From positions 11,854,894-11,918,893 of the forward strand of contig CM082589.2 in assembly GCA_040954595.2 (NCBI GenBank): a DNA stretch of 64,000 nt, given 5' to 3'. Source of the DNA: Balanoglossus misakiensis. Its lineage: Eukaryota; Animalia; Hemichordata. The first letter of the stretch is position 1; each line of letters opens with the position of its first letter. The translations under genes were made by a program, and so were the position numbers. The notes beneath the pieces were generated by a model that saw nothing but the letters and a program-made list of their open reading frames with translations, had not been told where the DNA came from and did not search any database. Of the stretch, positions 11,188-24,100 are shown piece by piece.

Positions 11188-12138
11188 ATGGCGCCACTTC
11201 CAACCCCAAGAGTTACTCCAGGTGAGAGTGCATTTGCTGCAGTGGGAATCGACTTCTTTGGTCCTCTGAAAGTCAAGTGGAGAAGAGGAACGTCCAAACG
11301 ATACGGATGTATATTCACCTGTCTCGCCATACGAGCTGTGCATATTGAAGTCACCCACAGTTTATCCACAGATTCATTTATTCAGGCAGTATGGAGATTT
11401 GTCAGCAGACGTGGTCCACCAAAAACGGTATACAGTGACAACGGAACAAATTTCCGGGGAGCGGAAACTGAAATCAAAGAAGCTCTAGCGAGTTGGAATC
11501 AAGAGAAGATAACTGATAGTCTACGCAAGAGGGATATCCAATGGTATTTCAATGCACCCGCAGCCAGTCATACTGGAGGAGTTTGGGAAAGGATGATACG
11601 TTCAGTGCGGAAAATCCTACGAGCACTCGTTGGAAACCAACTAATTGACGACGAAACTTTACTTACTGTCTTGGCGGAGGTGGAGAAGATTATCAATGAT
11701 CGACCTTTCACCCGTCAATCAGATGACCCGAATGACCTTGAAGCACTGACGCCTAATAGCCTGTTACTACTGAGGCCGAATCCATGCACATCTCCTGCAG
11801 ACACTGTCACGACCAGTACAGCTAATCACAGAAGGAACCAAGCTAATCTCATAGCGAACTCGTTTTGGAAACGATGGCTACACGAATACCTGCCTTCCCT
11901 TCAGCAGAGACAGAAGTGGTTGAAGCCCAAGAGAAATCTGACTGTTGGAGATTTGGTTATCGTGGTAGAGGAAAATATCCCAAGAGGACAGTGGTCAAAA
12001 GGACTAGTTCAGCAAACTTACCCAGATCAGTACGGCAATGTGCGCCAGGTCCTAGTGAAGACTGAAACAGGAAGATTGCGTAGAGATGTTCGCAAACTGT
12101 GCTTGCTTGAGGAAAGTAGTACACGTATTACACCATAA
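11188..12138 (+). pseudogene. pol: BEL/Pao integrase catalytic core and C-terminus (continuation of pol 5741-7979)
   Basis: MAPLPTPRV, VGIDFFGP, GCIFTCLAIRAVHIEV, YSDNGTNF, GGVWERMIRSV, LTPNSLLL, FWKRWLHEYL, RDVRKLCLLE. Confidence 0.95.
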
Positions 12139-12176
12139 TTAATTAGTAATAGCATATCTGGAATTCGTAATTTAAA

Positions 12177-15100
12177 TCACGCCGTAGGAAATCTGACTTG
12201 ATCAACGTGGTCAATGTACGCCTGTTTCTGCTCTAGAGTGCCGGGGCTTCAGCTGAGCCAGGCCGTAGGAAACCCGACGTGATTACCGTTGTTAACTTAC
12301 GCCAGTCTGTGTCCTATATATAGTGCCGGGGCATCAGCCGTGCCAGGCCGAAGGAAATGTGAATAGATCAACGTGGTCTCTGTACGCGTGTTTCTGCTCT
12401 AGAGTGCCAGGGCTTTAGCCAAGCCATGCCGTAGGAAATCTGACTTGATCAACGTTGCTAACGAACGCTAGTGTCTGTCATGGTGTTCCGGGGTTTTAGT
12501 CGAGCCAGGCCGTAGGAAATCTGACTTGATCATCGTGGTCAATGTACGCGTGTTTCCGCTCTAAAGTGCCGGGGCTTCAGCTAAACCAGGCCGTAGGAAA
12601 TCTGACTTGATCACCGTTGCTAACGTACGCTAGTGTCTGTCATATTGTGACGGAGATTTAGCCGAGCCAGGCCGTAGAAAAATCGACTTGTTCAACGTTA
12701 CCAGTGTGCAACTGTTTCTGCTCTAGAGTAACTGGGTTTTAGCCGACTTATGCTGTAGGAAATGTGAGTTGATGAACGGGAATTCAATGTTAGAAAACCC
12801 GTGTGGAAAGTATCTCTACCCGTTTGAAACTAAGAAAAGAATTTATTCTTATTTATTTTGTAAAAAAGACAATTTTTCGAAAAAAAGTCGAAAATGGTAA
12901 TTTTGTCTTGGGTGATTCAAATTATACCGCCTTTTCTGGAATTTGCAGCACTTTTTACAAGAGAACGACACTTCATGCTCCATAATATTTCCGAAAATGA
13001 AGAAAAGAGTTAATTTTTTATTTTTTTAAAAATTTACCATTTTTTCAAAATATGGCCAAAATGGCTATTTTTTCTTGAATTCCGTCAATATCTCTGCATT
13101 TTTGGAGAGGTCGAAAGTTTTAACATACAATCAACATGTCATATATGATCAGGGCACCAAATTCGAAGAACAAAGGTTTTTTATTTTTTTCTAAAAATGA
13201 CATTTTCAAGAAAAATTTGGTAAAACGCAATTTTGTCTGCAGTGAGCCAAATTGGCCGGTTTTTTTGTGGAATTTGTATCGATATATATATACGAAGAGC
13301 ATTCTATACTCCATCAGATTTCCGAAAATGTAGAAAACAGGTATTTTTTGTAATTTTCAAAAATTTACCATTTTGACCAAATTGTGGCTAAAATTGTTAT
13401 TTTCGTGTTGAATGCCGCCAGTGTCACTGCTTTTAAAAGTCATAAAAACTTTTAACATACAAGCAATTGTTTATATATGATCAGGTCACCGAATTAAAAA
13501 AATAAAGAATGTTTTCCCTAAAAATGACCTTTTTGGTGCAAAAACGAATAAAACGCAATTTTGTATTAAATCAGCTCATTCAGAGTGCATTTTTTATAAT
13601 CAGCACAATTTTTACATATAATGGAAATTTCATACATCATCAGATATCCAAATATGAAAAAATGATTTAGATTTTAGATGATTGTCCAAAATTAGCTGAT
13701 ATCTAATAAATGTAGTATTGAACCGTTCTGTCCCCCCCCCTACATTATATGCGGTACGCCGATGTCAGCTTACCCGGCAGTACTGAAGGTCGTGCCCCCA
13801 ACTAACGTCGGTGTTTGAAACGCCCTGGTTAAATTCGGGCTCTCTCTATAAATTGACAGGCAATAATGCAGTCCTACCCGAACAAATGTCGAGTGTTGAC
13901 CCGCTGTGACTTTCCCTCTTCGGTTTGCCCGACTTAGCCATCGTCTTTGTACTAGAGTGTCGGGTCTTTTGCAGAGCCAGGCCGAAAGAAATCCGACTTG
14001 ATCACCGTTGCTAACGAACGCTAGTGTCTGTCATGGTGTGCCGGGGTTTTAGTCGAGCCAGGCCGTAGGAGATCTGACTTGATCATCGTGGTCAATGTAC
14101 GCGTGTTTCCGCTCTAAAGTGCCGGGGCTTCAGCTAAACCAGGCCGTAGGAAATCCGACGTAATCACCGTTGATAACTTACGCCAGTCTGTGTCATATAG
14201 AGCCGGTGCACCAGCCGAGTCACGCCGTAGGAAATCTGACTAGATCAACGTGGTCAATGTACGCATGTTTCTGCTCTAGAGTGCCGGGGCTTCAGCTGAG
14301 CCAGGCCGTAGGAAACCCGAGTCGGACGTGATTACCGTTGTTAACTTACGCCAGTCTGTGTCCTATATATAGTGCCGGGGCATCAGCCGTGCCAGGCCGA
14401 AGGAAATGTGAGTAGATCAACGTGGTCTCTGTACGCGTGTTTCTGCTCTAGAGTGCCGGGGCTTTATCCAAGCCATGCCGTAGAAAATCTGACTTGATCA
14501 CCGTTGCTAACGCACGCTAGTTTCTGTCATAGTGTGCCGGGGTTTTAGTCGAGCCAAGCCGTAGGAGATCAGACTTGATCAACGTGGTCTCTGTACGCGT
14601 GTTTCTGCTCTAGAGTGCCGGGGCTTTATCCAAGCCATGCCGTAGAAAATCTGACTTGATCACCGTTGCTAACGTACGCTAGTGTCTGTCATATTGTGAC
14701 GGAGATTTAGCCGAGCCAGGCCGTAGAAAAATCGACTTATTCAACGTTACCAGTGTGCAACTGTTTCTGCTATAGTGTCAGGGTTTTAGCCGACTTATGC
14801 TGTAGGAAATCTGAGTTGATGAACGGGAATTCAATGTTAGAAAACCCGTGTGGAAAGTATCTCTACCCGTTTGAAACTAAGAAAAGAATTTATTCTTATT
14901 TATTATGTAAAAAAGACAATTTTTCGAAAAAAGTCGAAAATGGTAATTTTGTCTTGGGTGATTCAAATTATACCGCCTTTTCTGGAATTTGCAGCACTTT
15001 TTACAAGAGAACGACACTTCGTGCTCCAAAATATTTCCGAAAATGAAGAAAAGAGTTAATTTTTTATGATTTTTTAAAAATTTACCATTTTTGTCAAAAT

Positions 15101-18100
15101 ATGGCCAAAATGACTATTTTTTCTTGAATTCCGTCAATATCTCTGCATTTTTGGAGTGGTCGAAAGTTTTAACATACAATCAACATGTCATATATGATCA
15201 GGGCACCAAATTCGAAGAACAAAGGTTTTTTTATTTTTTTTTCTAAAAATGACATTTTCAAGGAAAATTTGGTAAAACGCAATTTTGTCTGCAGTGAGCC
15301 AAATTAGACGGTCTTTTGTGGAATTTGTATCGATATATACATACATACGAAGAGCATTCTATACTCCATCAGATTTCCGAAAATGTAGAAAACAGGTATT
15401 TTTTGTAATTTTGAAAATTTTTCCATTTTGACCAAATTGTGGCTAAAATTGTTATTTTCGTGTTGAATGCCGCCAGTGTCACTGCTTTTAAAAGTCATAA
15501 AAACTTTTAACATACAAGCAATTGTTTATATATGATCAGGTCACCGAATTAAAAAAATAAAGAATGTTTTGCCTAAAAATGACCTTTTTGGTGCAAAAAC
15601 GAATAAAACGCAATTTTGTATTAAATCAGAGTGCATTTTTTATAATCAGCACCATTTTCACATATATAATGGAAATTTCATACATAATCAGATATCCAAA
15701 TATGAAAAAAATGATTTAGATGATTGTCCAAAATTAGCTGATATCTAATAAATGTAGTATTGAACCGTTCTGTTCCCCCCCCCTACATTATATGCGGTAC
15801 GCCGATGTCAGCTTACCCGGCAGTACTGCAGGCCGTGTTTGAAACGCCCTGGTTAACTTCGGGCTTTCTCTATAAATTGACAGGCAATAATGCAGTCCTA
15901 CCCGAACAAATGTCGAGTGTTGACCCGCTGTGACTTTCCCTCTTCGGTTTGCCCGACGTAGATAACGTCTTTGTACTAGAGTGTCGGGTCTTTTGCAGAG
16001 CCAGGCCGAAGGAAATCCGACTTGATCACCGTTGCTAACGAACGCTAGTGTCTGTCATGGTGTGTCGGGGTTTTAGTCGAGCCAGGCCGTAGGAGATCTG
16101 ACTTGATCATCGTGGTCAATGTACGCGTGTTTCCGCTCTGAAGTGCCGGGGCTTCAGCTAAACCAGGCCGTAGGAAATCCGACGCAATCACCGTTGATAA
16201 CTTACGCCAGTCTGTGTCATATAGAGCCGGTGCACCAGCCGAGTCACGCCGTAGGAAATCTGACTTGATCAACGTGGTCAATGTACGCCTGTTTCTGCTC
16301 TAGAGTGCCGGGGCTTCAGCTGAGCCAGGCCGTAGGAAACCCGACGTGATTACCGTTGTTAACTTACGCCAGTCTGTGTCCTATATATAGTGCCGGGGCA
16401 TCAACCGTGCCAGGCCGAAGGAAATGTGAGTAGATCAACGTGGTCTCTGTACGCGTGTTTCTGCTCTAGAGTGCCAGGGCTTTAGCCAAGCCATGCCGTA
16501 GGAAATTTGACTTGATCAACGTTGCTAACGAACGCTAGTGTCTGCCATAGTGTGCCGGGGTTTTAGTCGAGCCAAGCCGTAGGAGATCAGACTTGATCAA
16601 CGTGGTCTCTGTACGCGTGTTTCTGCTCTAGAGTGCCGGGGCTTTATCCAAGCCATGCCGTAGAAAATCTGACTTGATCACCAATGCTAACGTACGCTAG
16701 TGTCTGTCATATTGTGACGGAGATTTAGCCGAGCCAGGCCGTAGAAAAATCGACTTGTTCAACGTTACCAGTGTGCAACTGTTTCTGCTCTAGAGTGTCA
16801 GGGTTTTAGCCAACTTATGCTGTAGGAAATCTGAGTTGATGAACGGGAATTCAATGTTAGAAAACCCGTGTGGAAAGTATCTCTACCCGTTTGAAACTAA
16901 GAAAAGAATTTATTCTTATTTATTTTGTAAAAAAGACAATTTTTCGAAAAAAAGTCGAAAATGGTAATTTTGTCTTGGGTGATTCAAATTATACCGCCTT
17001 TTCTGGAATTTTCAGCACTTTTTACAAGAGAACGACACTTCATGCTCCATAATATTTCCGAAAATGAAGAAAAGAGTTAATTTTTTATGATTTTTTAAAA
17101 ATTTATCATTTTTGACAAAATATGGCCAAAATGGCTATTTTTTCTTGAATTCCGTCAATATCTCTGCATTTTTGGAGTGGTCGAAAGTTTTAACATACAA
17201 TCAACATGCCATATATGATCAGGGCACCAAATTCGAAGAACAAAGGTTTTTTTATTATTTTTTTCTAAAAATCACATTTTCAAGCAAAATTTGATAACAT
17301 GCAATTTTGTCTGCAGTGAGCCAAATTAGACTGTCTTTTGTGGAATTTGTATCGATATTTACATACGAAGAGCATTCTATACTCCATCAGATTTCCGAAA
17401 ATGTAGAAAACAGGTATTTTTTGTAATTTTCAAAAATTTACCATTTTGACCAAATTGTGGCTAAAATTGTTATTTTCGTGTTGAATGCCGCCAGTGTCAC
17501 TGCTTTTAAAAGTCATAAAAACTTTTAACATACAAGCAATTGTTTATATATGATCAGGTCACCGAATCAAAAAAATAAAGAATGTTTTGCCTAAAAATGA
17601 CCTTTTTGGTGCAAAAACGAATAAAACGCAATTTTGTATTAAATCAGCTCATTCAGAGTGCATTTTTTATAATCAGCACCATTTTTACATATAATGGAAA
17701 TTTCATACATCATCAGATATCCAAATATGAAAAAATGATTTAGATTTTAGATGATTGTCCAAAATTAGCTGATATCTAATAAATGTAGTATTGAACCGTT
17801 CTGTTTCCCCCCCCCCCCCCCCTACATTATATGCGGTACGCCGATGTCAGCTTACCCGGCAGTACTGCAGGCCGTGCCCCCAACTAACGTCGGTGATTGA
17901 AACGCCCTGGTTAAATTCGGGCTTTCTCTATAAATTGACAGGCAATAATGCAGTCCTACCCGAACAAATGTCGAGTGTTGACCCGCTGTGACTTTCCCTC
18001 TTCGGTTTGCCAGACTTAGCCAACGTCTTTGTACTAGAGTGTCGGGTCTTTTGCAGAGCCAGGCCGAAGGAAATCCGACTTGATCACCGTTGCTAACGAA

Positions 18101-21100
18101 CGCTAGTGTCTGTCATAGTGTGCCGGGTTTTTAGTCGAGCCAGGCCGTAGGAGATCTGACTTGATCATCGTGGGCAATGTACGCGTGTTTCCGCTCTAAA
18201 GTGCCGGGGCTTCAGCTAAACCAGGCCGTAGGAAATCCGACGTAATCACCGTTGATAACTTACGCCAATCTGTGTCATATAGAGCCGGTGCACCAGCCGA
18301 GTCACGCCGTAGGAAATCTGACTTGATCAACGTGGTCAATGTACGCCTGTTTCTGCTCTAGAGTGCCGGGGCTTCAGCTGAGCCAGGCCGTAGGAAACCC
18401 GACGTGATTACCGTTGTTAACTTACGCCAGTCTGTGTCCTATATATAGTGCCGGGGCATCAGCCGTGCCAGGCCGAAGGAAATGTGAGTAGATCAACGTG
18501 GTCTCTGTACGCGTGTTTCTGCTCTAGAGTGCCAGGGCTTTAGCTAAGCCATGCCGTAGGAAATCTGACTTGATCAACGTTGCTAACGAACGCTAGTGTC
18601 TGTCATAGTGTGCGTGGGTTTTAGTCGAGCCAAGCCGTAGGAAATCAGACTTGATCAACGTGGTCTCTGTACGCGTGTTTCTGCTCTAGAGTGCCGGGGC
18701 TTTATCTAAGCCATGCCGTAGAAAATCTGACTTGATCACCGTTGCTAACGTACGCTAGTGTCTGTCATATTGTGACGGAGATTTAGCCGAGCCAGGCCGT
18801 AGAAAAATCGACTTGTTCAACGTTACCAGTGTGCAACTGTTTCTGCTCTAGAGTGTCAGGGTTTTAGCCGACTTATGCTGTAGGAAATCTTAGTTGATGA
18901 ACGGGAATTCAATGTTAGAAAACCCGTGTGGAAAGTATCTCTTCCCGTTTGAAACTAAGAAAAGAATTTATTCTTATTTATTTTGCAAAAAAGACAATTT
19001 TTTGAAAAAAAGTCGAAAATGGTAATTTTGTCTTGGGTGATTCAAATTATACCGCCTTTTCTGGAATTTGCAGCATTTTTTTTACAAGAGAACGACACTT
19101 CATGCTCCACAATATTTCCGAAAATGAAGAAAAGAGTTAGTTTTTTATGATTTTTAAAAAATTTACCATTTTTGACAAAATATGGCCAAAATGGCTATTT
19201 TTTATTGAATTCCGTCAATATCTCTGCATTTTTGGAGTGGTCGAAAGTTTTAACATACAATCAACATGTCATATATGATCAGGGCACCAAATTCGAAGAA
19301 CAAAGGTTTTTTTATTTTTTTTTTCTAAATATGACATTTTCAAGGAAAAGTTGGTAAAACGCAATTTTGTCTGCAGTGAGCCAAATTAGACGGTCATTTG
19401 TGGAATTTGTATCGATATATATATACGAAGAGCATTCTATACTCCATCAGATTTCCTAAAATGTAGAAAACAGGTATTTTTTGTAATTTTCAAAAATTTA
19501 CCATTTTGACCAAATTGTGGCTAAAATTGTTATTTTCGTGTTGAATGCCGCCAGTGTCACTGCTTTTAAAAGTCATAAAAACTTTTAACATACAAGCAAT
19601 TGTTTATATATGATCAGGTCACCGAATTAAAAAAAATAAAGAATGTTTTGCCTAAAAATGACCTTTTTGGTGCAAAAACGAATAAAACGCAATTTTGTAT
19701 TAAATCAGCTCATTCAGAGTGCATTTTTTAGAATCAGCACCATTTTTACATCATCAGATATCCAAATATGAAAAAATGATTTAGATTTTAGATGATTGTC
19801 CAAAATTAGCTGATATATAATAAATGTAGTATTGAACCGTTCTGTTTCCCCCCCCCCCCTACATTATATGCGGTACGCTGATGTCAGCTTACCCGGCAGT
19901 ACTGCAGGCCGTGCCCCCAACCAACGTCGGTGTTTGAAAGCCCTGGTTAAATTCGGGCTTTCTCTATAAATTGACAGGCAATAATACAGTCCTACCCGAA
20001 CAAATGTCGAGTGTTGACCCGCTGTGACTTTCCCTCTTCGGTTTGCCCGACTTAGCCAACGTCTTTGTACTAGAGTGTCGGTTCTTTTGCAGAGCCAGGC
20101 CGAAGGAAATCCGACTTGATCACCGTTGCTAACGAACGCTAGTGTCTGTCATGGTGTGCCGTGGTTTTAGTCGAGCCAGGCCGTAGGAGATCTGACTTGA
20201 TCATCGTGGTCAATGTACGCGTGTTTCCGCTCTAAAGCGTCGGTGCTTCAGCTAAACCAGGCCGTAGGAAATCCGACGTAATCACCGTTGATAACTTACG
20301 CCAGTCTGTGTCATATAGAGCCGGTGCACCAGCCGAGTCACGCCGTAGGAAATCTGACTTGATCAACGTGGTCAATGTACGCCTGTTTCTGCTCTAGAGT
20401 GCCGGGGCTTCAGCTGAGCCAGGCCGTAGGAAACCCGACGTGATTACCGTTGTTAACTTACGCCAGTCTGTGTCCTATATATAGTGCCGGGGCATCAGCC
20501 GTGCCAGGCCGAAGGAAATGTGAGTAGATCAACGTGGTCTCTGTCCGCGTGTTTCTGCTCTAGAGTGCCGGGGCTTTATCCAAGCCATGCCGTAGAAAAT
20601 CTGACTTGATCACCTTTGCTAACGTACGCTAGTGTCTGTCATATTGTGACGGAGATTTAGCCGAGCCAGGCCGTAGGAAAATCGACTTGTTCAACGTTAC
20701 CAGTGTGCAACTGTTTCTGCTCTAGAGTGTCAGGGTTTTAGCCGACTTATGCTGTAGAAAATCTGAGTTGATTAACGAGAATTCATTGTTAGAAAACCCG
20801 TGTGGAAAGTATCTCTACCCGTTTGAAACTAAGAAAAGCATTTATTCTTATTTATTTTGTAAAAAAGACAATATTTCGAAAAAAAGTCGAAAATGGTAAT
20901 TTTGTTTTGGGTGATTCAAATTATACCGCCTTTTCTGGAATTTGCAGCACTTTTTACAAGAGAACGACACTTCATGCTCCATAATATTTCCGAAAATGAA
21001 GAAAAGAGTTATTTTTTATGATTTTTTAAAAATTTACCATTTTTCTCAAAATATGGCCAAAATGGCTATTTTTTCTTGAATTCCGTCAATATCTCTGCAT

Positions 21101-24100
21101 TTTTGGAGTGGTCGAAAGTTTTAACATACAATCAACATGTCATATATGATCAGGGCACCAAATTCGAAGAACAAAGGTTTTTTTATTTTTTTTCTAAAAA
21201 TGACATTTTCAAGGAAAATTTGGTAAAACGCAATTTTGTCTGCAGTGAGCCAAATTAGACGGTCTTTTGTGGAATTTGTATCGATATATACATACGACGA
21301 GCATTCTATACTCCATCAGATTTCCGAAAATGTAGAAAACAGGTATTTTTTGTAATTTTCAAAAATTTACCATTTTGACCAAATTGTGGCTAAAATTTTT
21401 ATTTTCGTGTTGAATGCCGCCAGTGTCACTGCATTTAAAAGTCATAAAAACTTTTAACATACAAGCAATTCTTTATATATGATCAGGTCACCGAATTAAA
21501 AAAATAAAGAATGTTTTGCCTAAAAATGACCTTTTAGGTGCAAAAACGAATAAAACGTAATTTTGTATTAAATCAGCTCATTCAGAGTGCATTTTTTATA
21601 ATCAGCACCATTTTTACATATAATGGAAATTTCATACATCATCAGATATCCAAATATGAAAAAATGAATAAGATATATTTAAGATGATTGTCCAAAATTA
21701 GCTGATATCTAATAAATGTAGTATTGAACCGTTCTGTTTCCCCCCCCCCCTGCATTATATGCGGTACGCCGATGTCAGCTTACCCGGCAGTACTGCAGGC
21801 CGTGCCCCCAACTAACGTCGGTGTTTGAAACGCCCTGGTTAAATTCGGGCTTTCTCTATAAATTGACAGGCAATAATGCAGTCCTACCCGAACAAATGTC
21901 GAGTGTTGACCCGCTGTGACTTTCCCTCTTCGGTTTGCCCGACTTAGCCAACGTCTTTGTACTAGAGTGTCGGGTCTTTTGCAGAGCCAGGCCGAAGGAA
22001 ATCCGACTTGATCACCGTTGCTAACGAACGCTAGTGTCTGTCATGGTGTGCCGGGGTTTTAGTCGAGCCAGGCCGTAGGAGATCTGACTTGATCATCGTG
22101 GTCAATGTACGCGTGATTCCGCTCTAAAGTGCCGGGGCTTCAGCTAAACCAGGCCGTAGGAAATCCGACGTAATCACCGTTGATAACTTACGCCAGTCTG
22201 TGTCATATAGAGCTGGTGCACCAGCCGAGTCACGCCGTAGGAAATCTGACTTGATCAACGTGGTCAATGTACGCCTGTTTCTGCTCTAGAGTGCCGGGGC
22301 TTCAGCTGAGCCAGGCCGTAGGAAACCCGACGTGATTACCGTTGTTAACTTACGCCAGTCTGTGTCCTATATATAGTGCCGGGGCATCAGCCGTGCCAGG
22401 CCGAAGGAAATGTGAGTAGATCAACGTGGTCTCTGTACGCGTGTTTCTGCTCTAGAGTGACAGGGCTTTAGCAAAGCCATGCCGTAGGAAATCTGACTTG
22501 ATCAACGTTGCTAACGAACGCTAGTGTCTGTCATAGTGTGCCGGGGTTTTAGTCGAGCCAAGCCGTAGGAGATCAGACTTGATCAACGTGGTCTCTGTAC
22601 GCGTGTTTCTGCTCTAGAGTGCCGGGGCTTTATCCAAGCCATGCTGTAGAAAATCTGACTTGATCACCGTTGCTAACGTACGCTAGTGTCTGTCATATTG
22701 TGACGGAGATTTAGCCGAGCCAGGCCGTAAAAAAATCGACTTGTTCAACGTTATCAGTGTGCAACTGTTTCTGCTCTAGAGTGTCAGGGTTTTAGCCGAT
22801 TTATGCTGTAGGAAATCAGAGTTGATGAACGGGATTTCAATGTTAGAAAACCTGTGTGGAAAGTATCTCTACCCGTTTGAAACTAAGAAAAGAATTTATT
22901 CTTATTTATTTTGTAAAAAAGACAATTTTTCGAAAAAAGGCGAAAATGGTAATTTTGTCTTGGGTGATTCAAATTATACCACCTTTTCTGGAATATGCAG
23001 CACTTTTTACAAGAGAACGACACTTCATGCTCCATAATATTTCCGAAAATGAAGAAAAGAGTTAATTTTTTATGATTTTTTAAAAATTTACCATTTTTGT
23101 CAAAATATGGCCAAAATGGCTATTTTTTCTTGAATTCCGTCAATATCTCTGCATTTTTGGAGTGGTCGAAAGTTTTAACATACAATCAACATGTCATATA
23201 TGATCGGGGCACCAAATTCGAAGAACAAAGGTTTTTTTATTTTTTTTCTAAAAATGACATTTTCAAGGAATATTTGGTAAAACGCAATTTTGTCTGCAGT
23301 GAGCCAAATTAGACGGTCTTTTGTGGAATTTGTATCGATATATACATACGAAGAGCATTCTATACTCCATCAGATTTCCGAAAATGTAGAAAACAGGTAT
23401 TTTTTGTAATTTTCAAAAATTTACCATTTTGACCAAATTGTGGCTAAAATTGTTATTTTCGTGTTGAATGCCGCCAGTGTCACAACTTTTAAAAGTCATA
23501 AAAACTTTTAACATACAAGCAATTGATTATATATGATCAAGTCACCGAATTAAAAAAATAAAGAATGTTTTGCCTAAAAATGACCTTTTTGGTGCAAAAA
23601 CGAATAAAACGCAATTTTGTAATAAATCAGCTCATTCAGAGTGCATTTTTTATAATCAGCACCATTTTTACATATAATGGAAATTTCATACATCATCAGA
23701 TATCCAAATATGAAAAAATGATTTAGATTTTAGATGATTGTCCAAAATTAGCTGATATCTAATAAATGCAGTATTGAACCGTTCTGTTCCCCCCCCCCCC
23801 TTACATTATATGCGGTACGCCGATGTCAGCTTACCCGGCAGTACTGCAGGCCGTGCCCCCAATTAACGTCAGTGTTTGGAACGCCCTGGTTAAATTCGGG
23901 CTTTCTCTATAAATTAACAGGCCATAATGCAGTCCTACCCGAACAAATGTCGAGTGTTGACCCGCTGTGACTTTCCCTCTTCGGTTTGCCCGACTTAGCC
24001 AACGTCTTTGTACTAGAGTGTCGGGTCTTTTGCAGAGCCAGGCCGAAGGAAATCCGACTTGATCACCGTTGCTAACGAACGCTAGTGTCTGTCATGGTGT

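Larger units (their letters stand above)
2063..12176 (+). mobile_element. BEL/Pao LTR retrotransposon 1, decayed, 3' LTR missing, with nested insertions in the integrase
   Basis: 5' LTR followed by gag (CCHC knuckles), protease, RT, RNase H and integrase, in BEL/Pao order. Satellite resumes at 12177 (tcacgccgtagg), 38 bp after the pol stop. Confidence 0.95.
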
